Shown piece by piece: positions 56,250 to 64,000 of a stretch of 64,000 bases of DNA. The notes under the pieces are model-generated. The model did not search any database and was not told the origin of the DNA. It was given only the letters and a program-made list of their open reading frames with translations. Position numbers and translations under genes: made by a program. Location of the stretch: the NCBI GenBank assembly GCA_964016885.1, contig OZ024740.1, positions 345,960,001 to 346,024,000 on the forward strand, given 5' to 3'. The stretch is from Eledone cirrhosa. Taxonomy: Eukaryota. Each line of letters begins with the position of its first letter. Position 1 is the first letter of the stretch.

Positions 56250-58980
56250 GACAAGGCTTATCAAATGTATCCCAAAACAGAAAAATACACTCCTCACCAA
56301 CGATGTGTTGAAAATAAAATTATATTAGGAGACACTCAAATGAAGACCCATCAAGATTTGAGAGCTGTTAGCGAGAAACTGTGATATCGGAAGAGAGTTC
56401 TAGAAAGGAAAATGACTAATAAAAGATTCAACCGAAACCAAACATCAGTCTATTGTGATATGAAGGACAATTCAACAAATGTCACCAGGGCCCTATCCCA
56501 GAAATTCATAGATTCTTTCTGGAGGAAAACACGGGGTTAAATAAAGAAGCTCAACCAAAATGCAAAGTGGGTGAAATACATCCGAACGAACTATTGCACC
56601 TACATTGAACCAAAACATACAGCATCAATGATTATATCCTTGATACTGTAACAGGAAAACCTTAAGATTAGAAAGATCCAGGAAAAGACTTGATTGTCAG
56701 CTACTCGTAATAAAACCTGACATTCTATCGAATGTATCTTATCAACTTCTACCAAAAAGCTCACAGGAGAGATGTGCATATAGCAAGCTAGTTGACATTA
56801 GAGACAATTTTGTTTCCCCAAAGCAAAGAAACGAACTTGGAGAAAACTACCGACTTATTGCAGACCAGAAACTGGTGTATAAAATGTATACAGCCCGTAT
56901 GAATTTATTTTTTCAGGATCACTGCGATAATAAGAAAATCAGCAAAGCTGGGCAAACTTATTGGAAGAGAGAATTTGGTGGTGTGCTGAGCATCTCATCA
57001 TTAACAAAACCGTGATGTCAAAAGTCCAGTGACATAGAGGAAATTGCTTCCTATCTGGGTCGACTACAGGTTAGCATCCGATTTTGTTACCCACTTTTGG
57101 ATGCTAGAGGCCCTTCGACTTGTTAAAATCCCAGATACCATCATACTTCGGCTTGTTAAAATCCCAGATACAGTAGAGAAACTATCTTCTTCCTGGGCCA
57201 CTATCCTGAAGTTAAATACAGAGGAGGTGGACTTCATTGTCACTGATAAAATAATTGTTTCTACTTTAGACACAAGGCCAGCAATTACCCAGTGCATTAC
57301 TGGTACTTTATTTTATCGACCCCGTAAGGATGAAAGGCAAAGTCAACCTCGGCGGGATTTGAACTCAGATCATAAATGGACGTAACTGATAAAATAATAC
57401 AACCCAGGAGTATATTTCAAGGAGACAGTCCCTTTTGATGTTATTTGCACTCTCAGTATAATCCTTGTATGTTTTACAGAGGAAATATAATTGCTTCACG
57501 GGAGGCCAGAATCCCGCACCTAACGCATTTCTTCATTGTGGATGACCTGAAATGTTATGTCAAGAACATAAATGGTAAAACCTTGACCTGGTTATGACGG
57601 TCTCGAAACATATAGGAATAGAATTTAGCTAGAAAAATTGTTCCTGAGAAAAATTGTTATGAGAAGAAAACTACAAGCCAATCTAACATCATTTCTATTA
57701 ATGGCCTGATTGTTTCACCGGTATGTGACGAGGAATACTATATACAAATAGGGATAGATGAAAATAAACGCTATGAGAGAATTCGTATCGAGGAACGAGT
57801 AACCTGTGAACATAAATTCTGAAAAAGAAACATATTGTCTCCTGATGTCTCTGCGCACAATAATTCAGTAGCCTATAATCTGTTTGTTCTGTCTGTTCTG
57901 ACACCAACTTTTAGACTACATAACTGGACACTAGATGAGAACCGAGCCATTGAGGTTAAAAACCGAAAGGTTGTAACCGGCATCAAAAATATTCACATAA
58001 AGAGTGATATAGACATTCTCTACACGAAACATAAACAAGGGGGTCATAGGCTTAAAATCAACAAAACAACATTTGAGTGTCGCACCATAACCCCCCGACA
58101 ACATCTACGATCCACTAAGCGTAGAACCCCATCTGAAGATCAAATCTGTTTACATGAGGCAGATAACACCATGGGAGACGGATTAGAACTCTTTGAGAAA
58201 TACTCTCCGCGTGATAAGCAATATTTCACACCGTGGGTTATTGCACAGCAATACGGGAATGAATCCATATATGAAAAGCTGCAAGCTTATCATTGAAAAT
58301 CCTGCATGGCTATGTTCCCAGAAAGCTTCAATGTAGTGTATCTTGGACCATAAACCAATATATTGGCTCTCATTTTGTAGGATATGATTCTTTAATCCAA
58401 ACCTTGAAATAACGAAATACATGATACACAAAAGGAATAGGAATGCAGGCAAAACACATGTGGTTTGCCTACAGATGTAGTTTTTTTAGCGAAAACATCG
58501 GGCATGTCACTCACATGCTAAGCAGATGTCAAAATATCTACCAGTGAGTTACGATGTAGTGGTCAAAACACTATATAATGCAATCCGTAAACAGACTAGT
58601 CTTGAGAATAAATAGAAAAAACGTTACAGTGATGTGGTGGACATATTCATCAATAATATGAAAGTGTACTGATGGAATTTTCAAAACACTAACAATATGC
58701 AAACATAACAGAAGAGGCATTGTAATATCGGACAGTAGGCATGCACAGTAGCGGAAATCAGCTACCAACCAGATGTGAATATGATGAAATTGACTATACA
58801 TTTAGATTTGTAGCTTTTCCATTGGGTCTTTTAGATAACTTAGTAACATCTTCAGTATAAATCCCGAGAAGATGGGCTTCATCGAATCAAAAATGAAACA
58901 GCTAACTAGGACATTGCAAGTGCAGTCCATTAAGGAAACTTTAAATATATGTAAGCCATTTCACAAATTCACCCTGTAAT
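56250..58980 (+). mobile_element. R4/Dong-like (RLE-type) LINE, heavily decayed
   Basis: EHLIINKTVM, VDY..SDFVTHFWMLEAL, IFQGDS, FIVDDLK, NLFVLSVLTPTF and DILYTKHKQGGH across many stops. Confidence 0.8.
57250..57386 (-). mobile_element. SINE family B (5'-truncated) inserted in the LINE
   Basis: Homology to other copies; TSD-like actgataaaataat on both sides. Confidence 0.87.
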
Positions 58981-60001
58981 AACTGCATATGTTAGATATT
59001 ATAATATGCACGACTACATATATAACTGAAACATACAGATCCACATATGCAATAACATATCTGTCTGCACACATACAAACACATCTAGACATACATATGT
59101 ATTAACCTAGTTGAACATTTCTAAATTCCAATGAAAGTGTCTTCTGTTTATGTTGGAAAACCTTACTCTCCAGTATTAGGGTATTTCCCTAATTCCCATT
59201 ATTTCCAGAGTTTTCTCTTTGAATGATCATTGGTATTGCCGTTCTTTTTCCGAATAAACAATAAAATACGAGTGAATGTAAGGAGACTCCAAACAATCAA
59301 AACGAGAGAATGTAAGGAGACTCCAATCTAAACAATGCTCGACTGGTTGTGTTACACCCAGAATATTATAAATCAATGAGATATTGAGTAATGAGACCAT
59401 CATTTGATAAAGCTACTGTTGACAAATCAACGAATCATACCAACTACATTATTAGGACTAACAAATATATAACTTCTGTGAGAAAAAAACTAACAACCAG
59501 CTGTTAATAACACTTCAGCTATTTGGTGATATTTTAATATTATCCTTTAAAATATTTACAAGACAATAGATAAAAGGAAGAAAAAAACTCTCAGCCTGAT
59601 AGCAAAGATTTCTTTCAAAATAACACAATCCACTGGATTAACATAAAGCGGATAAAATAGGTGATATTTTCGTTGTTTGCAGTTTTATAATGAAACAAAC
59701 ACAAAGAGGTTGTAAATATATTTTAAAGAAACTTTTGTACGTATTTATGCATTTCATTATAGAAAGAAATTCGACATATCAAAAAAAGAAGGCCCATAAT
59801 TACAATTCAGTGTGGATTAAGATATCCATTGTGAACGTTTTTATTGATATAAGAAAAGCTTATATACATATATATATATATACATAGAATCATGTAGATA
59901 TACGTACCTCTGTTTGTATACTCACAAGCACATACACATACACACTGTCACACGCATACAAGGATAAGATAGTGAGAGGGAGACAAAGAGAGAGAAAGAG
60001 G

Positions 60002-60067
<66 letters not shown>

Positions 60068-60230
60068 GAGAGATATCTAGAAATTAAGATGGTTATTATT
60101 CGGGGGAAAAATCAAAAATGTTATCTATCAAGAAAATAATGAGTAATGAAAGCCTATTTTTATCAAACTTTGAAATAAAACGAATTAAATGAAACCAACA
60201 CAAATATTAAGCTGAAAGAAAGAAAAAATG

Positions 60231-60443
60231 TTTTCTGATTTAGGCACAAGGCCATCAATTTCTGGGGAGGGAAAGTCGATTAAATCGAAGCCAGTACGTT
60301 ACTGGTGCGTTATTTTTTCGACCCCGTTGGATGAAAGGCAAAACTAACTTAAGCGGGATGCGAATTCTGAATATAAAGGGAAGTTACTTCATGCCATGAA
60401 GCATGGTGTCCAACACTCCACCGATACTGCCAATCCATCACCC
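60231..60443 (-). mobile_element. SINE family B, older/longer variant
   Basis: Homologous, with an extra gggaaagtcgattaaatcga segment. Confidence 0.75.
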
Positions 60444-60535
60444 GAAACAAAGACAATTAAAGTAAATCCATAAGTTAAGCAAAACAACAAAAATACAGAT
60501 ACGTCTTAATCATTATCTCTCATTTATCTCTCTCC

Positions 60536-60596
<61 letters not shown>

Positions 60597-60661
60597 CTGC
60601 TGGACGCACGAGCAAAAGGACGTGTGTTTTTTCCTGCCGGCGGCATAGCACAAAATCGAAT

Positions 60662-60955
60662 TTCCTCTGAGGATACCGTTCTTATAATAACAACAAATGC
60701 ATGAATTACATCTTGATTGCATGGGAGAACCGTTGAAATAATTGTAATTGTTTCTACTTTTGGCACAAGGCGAGCAATTACCCAGTGTATTACTGATACT
60801 TTATGTTATCGATCCCGTAAGGATGAAAGGCAAAGTTAACCTCGGCGGGATTTGAACTCAGATTATAAAGGGACGTAACACTATTCTTCAAAGCATGGTG
60901 TTCGATTCTCTACCGATACTGCCAATCCCCCGCCCGTTGAAATAATTATAATGAA
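60662..60955 (+). ncRNA. hammerhead ribozyme interrupted by a SINE
   Basis: Removing the SINE and one TSD gives ttcct-CTGAGGA-taccgttct...agaaccgtt-GAAA-taatta-TA-atgaa. Confidence 0.6.
60744..60933 (-). mobile_element. SINE family B with 14-bp TSD
   Basis: TSD ccgttgaaataatt at 60730-60743 and 60934-60947. Confidence 0.9.
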
Positions 60956-61010
60956 TAAACGATTTATGTAACATCAGCATATTTATTAATGTTATTATAT
61001 ATATATAAAA

Positions 61011-61203
61011 GACGGTGAATTAGCAGTATCGGTAGAGGGTCGAACGCCATGCTTTGGCGCATAATGATACAGCTCTTGCCATTGTGAATTTAAATCCCGT
61101 CTAGGTTAACTTTGCCTTTCATCATTACGGGGTCGATGAAATAAAGTACCAGTAATGTACTGGGTAATTGTTGGCCTTGTGCCAAAAGAAGAAACAGTTA
61201 TTA
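61011..61203 (+). mobile_element. SINE family B
   Basis: Reverse orientation relative to the other copies. Confidence 0.87.
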
Positions 61204-62501
61204 TATATAAAGGTTGCACTAAGTCAGACAAGCTGGTAAATGGAATAATTGTCTTATGTTGTTTATTACGCAATTAAATAGCTCTGTAGCATACATAGAG
61301 CACTCTCAATGACTTTACCCTTCCTACGGAAATACTTTATATATCTAAGGCGGGTAAAATTCCCGAGATCCATGGTGGTTGGGTGCTACACGAGAATGCT
61401 GAGGATGGCTCTGAACAGTAATCAGTATACTTCATATATATATATACATGTGTTTAATTTAAATAATATAGTTTAGTTAATTCGTTTATTTGTTTCTTAA
61501 TAACTCGACCTTCTCTTAATTAATCATATACTTATTATCGAAATAATCTTCCGTAAATTTTGTATTGTTTTTCTTAATATATTCTATCGATGTTAATTTT
61601 ATAATTGTTGTCAGTTCAATTAACAAATATTATTAAACTTATAATTTCCAATAGTATATTTTAGTGTGCAGTATATGTGTATTAATTTTGTAATGATTTA
61701 ACAAAATGTCTTTAGATACTGCACCTTAAACCTTTAATGTTAATACTTTTTATTGCATGTTACTCTTCCATAACTTTCTAACGTCTTCCCAAATATATTA
61801 TAAATTTGTTTGCGTTTTCGGACTTGAGATATTCGGACATGTGTTTGGTAAGAATTTATGTTATTTCTGTTGTCTAATAGATTCTGAAGGGATCAATGAT
61901 GCATTTGTGTTATGGAGGTGGTCACCAATCAATTGAATAATTTAATATAATTTAATCCGGGTTCTTTCTCCTCATTTATATATATGCTCAGTGATATTGT
62001 GAGACTACTCTGATGGGAAATGTACCGCTTGGAGAAAATTCTGAACAGTCTTTTACCTATCTTGCTGTAGACTAAAAAATCACATTTGAGCTTTGAAATA
62101 TTATTTGCCTGCATATTGTTGTGATATCAACCCATATATATATATATAGGCAGAGGTTTTAAGACATTAAGCAAAATACAGGTGTATAAGGGAGCTCATA
62201 CTAAATGTTTATATACAATAACCATATCGGAGCCTCGCCATAAAAGAAAAAAACGTCAGTAAGAAATTACGTCGGTAATGCTAAACAGAACTGATTCTAC
62301 TTTCCTTAATTACTCATCAGTAACTCTCACTTAGCCTGAATGACATGGAAATAGAGTATCTCCTATATACATAATGGGAGAGTATATGGAAGCATATAAT
62401 AAATGTGTGTAACCATAAAATCACATACACAAACATGCGTGCACACACACACAGACACACACACACACAAGCACACACACAAGCACACACACACACACAC
62501 A

Positions 62502-62534
<33 letters not shown>

Positions 62535-62548
62535 TAATACATACATGC

Positions 62549-62584
<36 letters not shown>

Positions 62585-62594
62585 GTATATATAT

Positions 62595-64000
62595 TTTGGA
62601 TTAAAAAATCCAATAGTACCCCATTCGACGTGAGTATGGGCGCCAGTGACTCTGCGGAAGTTACTGATCTTATTGGCCTTTTCCTTCTTTTCTCTATCAA
62701 GGACGAATTCCCCAACGCGGGCGGTGGTTTGCACCGTGACGATGGTCTTTTGACCATGACTAAGTGCGGACTTCGTGCTTGCGACAGGTTCAGAAAAGAA
62801 CTCACAGCCTTCTTTAAAGGTTTCAACCTCTCTATATAGGTTGAGGCCAATCTCTCGGTCGTTAATTGCCTCGACGTTACCCTCAATTTATTGAATGGGT
62901 TGTATTACCCGTATAGAAAGCCGAATGATACGCTTAAATACATAAGTAAGCATTCCAACCATCCTGCCAGCATAACCAAGAACCTGGTAAGAAACGTTTC
63001 GATGAGGCTTTCCCGTCTTTCCACCAACGAGCGTATTTTCAACGAACATTCCACTTATTACAATGAAGCTCTTGCTCGAAGTGGATTTGTCCATAAGGTA
63101 GCATATACAGAGCACGAAAATAGACCTAGAAGAAATAGATCCCGTCGCATTTGTTGGTATAACCCACCATATAATATGGAGGTGGCCACACCATTAGCTA
63201 AGATCTTTCTTTCCCTTATTACGAAGCATTTTCCCCCTACACATAAACATAGTAAAATTTTTAATAGAAATACTATTAAAATTTCTTATTCTACGACTCC
63301 TAACCTTGCACATAACATCACAGCTTCAAATTTAGCTAAACTACCTAACCGTAGGAACACGTGCAACCCTGTAGTTAGTACTTACTGTAATTGTAGGAAT
63401 CGGGCTGATTGCCCCCTATCCGGGAAATGCCTCTCTAGTAACATTGTCTACAAATGTAAGGTTGTAACACCCACGTCCCATAGGGCCTACATAGGGTTAA
63501 CCGCCAATAGTTTCAAGCAGCGTCTTTACATGCACACCCATTCTTTTCGTTACCCTCTAAGAAGGAATATGACGTCACTTTCAGTTTATATCTGGAGTCT
63601 AAAAGACAACCACACCCATTATAAGTTACACTGGGAGATCCTAGCTAGGGCTAGATTGTATAACGGAAATAAAAGACCATGTGACCTCTGCGCCGCTGAG
63701 GCTCTGGAAATACTCTACGCCACAGACCACATCTTAAACAAAAAATCTGAGGCAATTTCGGCTTGTAAACATACATTGCACAAAATTTTCCTGTATTACA
63801 GCCCCACGTTATAAACTAACGGATAGTACGATCTATACGTGGATATTTTACGTCTTGATGTCGGAGCTAAGTATATGTTTTGTTTATTCCTTTACTTATT
63901 TGCATAGGTAAGTATATATTACCCGTAAGTTTTGTTAAGGTACGTATACATTCTCGTACGTATATTTGATTGTTATGGCGTATAATTTTATATTTCTGGT
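62595..64000 (+). mobile_element. Nematis-type PLE, 5'-truncated, relatively young
   Basis: FDVSMGASDSAEV, GGLHRDDGL and one in-frame stop at 62837-62839, continuing into ORF 62891-63814. Confidence 0.93.
62891..63814 (+). pseudogene. PLE RT thumb plus GIY-YIG endonuclease
   Basis: PYRKPN..YISKHSNHP, WYNPPY, CNCRNRADCPLSGKCLSSNIVYKC, YIGLTANSFKQRLYMH, CDLCAAE, LNKKSE. Confidence 0.93.

Noticed and set aside
62255-62325. Minus-strand CTGATGA with stem gtaat/attac
   Set aside because: No GAAA follows stem II.

Overview
AT-rich, microsatellite-dense eukaryotic DNA, probably intronic or intergenic. The SINE families, repeat content and (TA)n/(CA)n/(GA)n density suggest an octopus-like cephalopod genome (inference). 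No intact host gene is recognisable; only weak exon candidates occur near 6 kb and 9.5 kb. The window is a graveyard of non-LTR retroelements. It holds Penelope-like elements (PLEs) of three types: Neptune-like 11.5-15.2 kb, Naiad-like 22.3-24.0 kb, and Nematis-like at 32-33, 36-38, 45.7-51.1 and 62.6-64 kb. It also has Tx1/L1, RTE and R4/Dong-like LINE remnants, two tRNA-derived SINE families, a Helitron-like element and MITE remnants. The most notable signal is invisible in the ORF track: about 10 recognisable minimal type I hammerhead ribozyme motifs plus several degenerate ones. These include two unrelated families with a compensatory U3-A8 core, two ORF-less tandem units (544 nt and about 575 nt) that look like retrozymes, and one hammerhead split by a SINE. 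A bipartite non-autonomous RTE with an HDV-like ribozyme scaffold is nested in one of the tandem units. Several near-perfect palindromes or inverted duplications could form dsRNA. All structures were read by eye and are not computationally validated.
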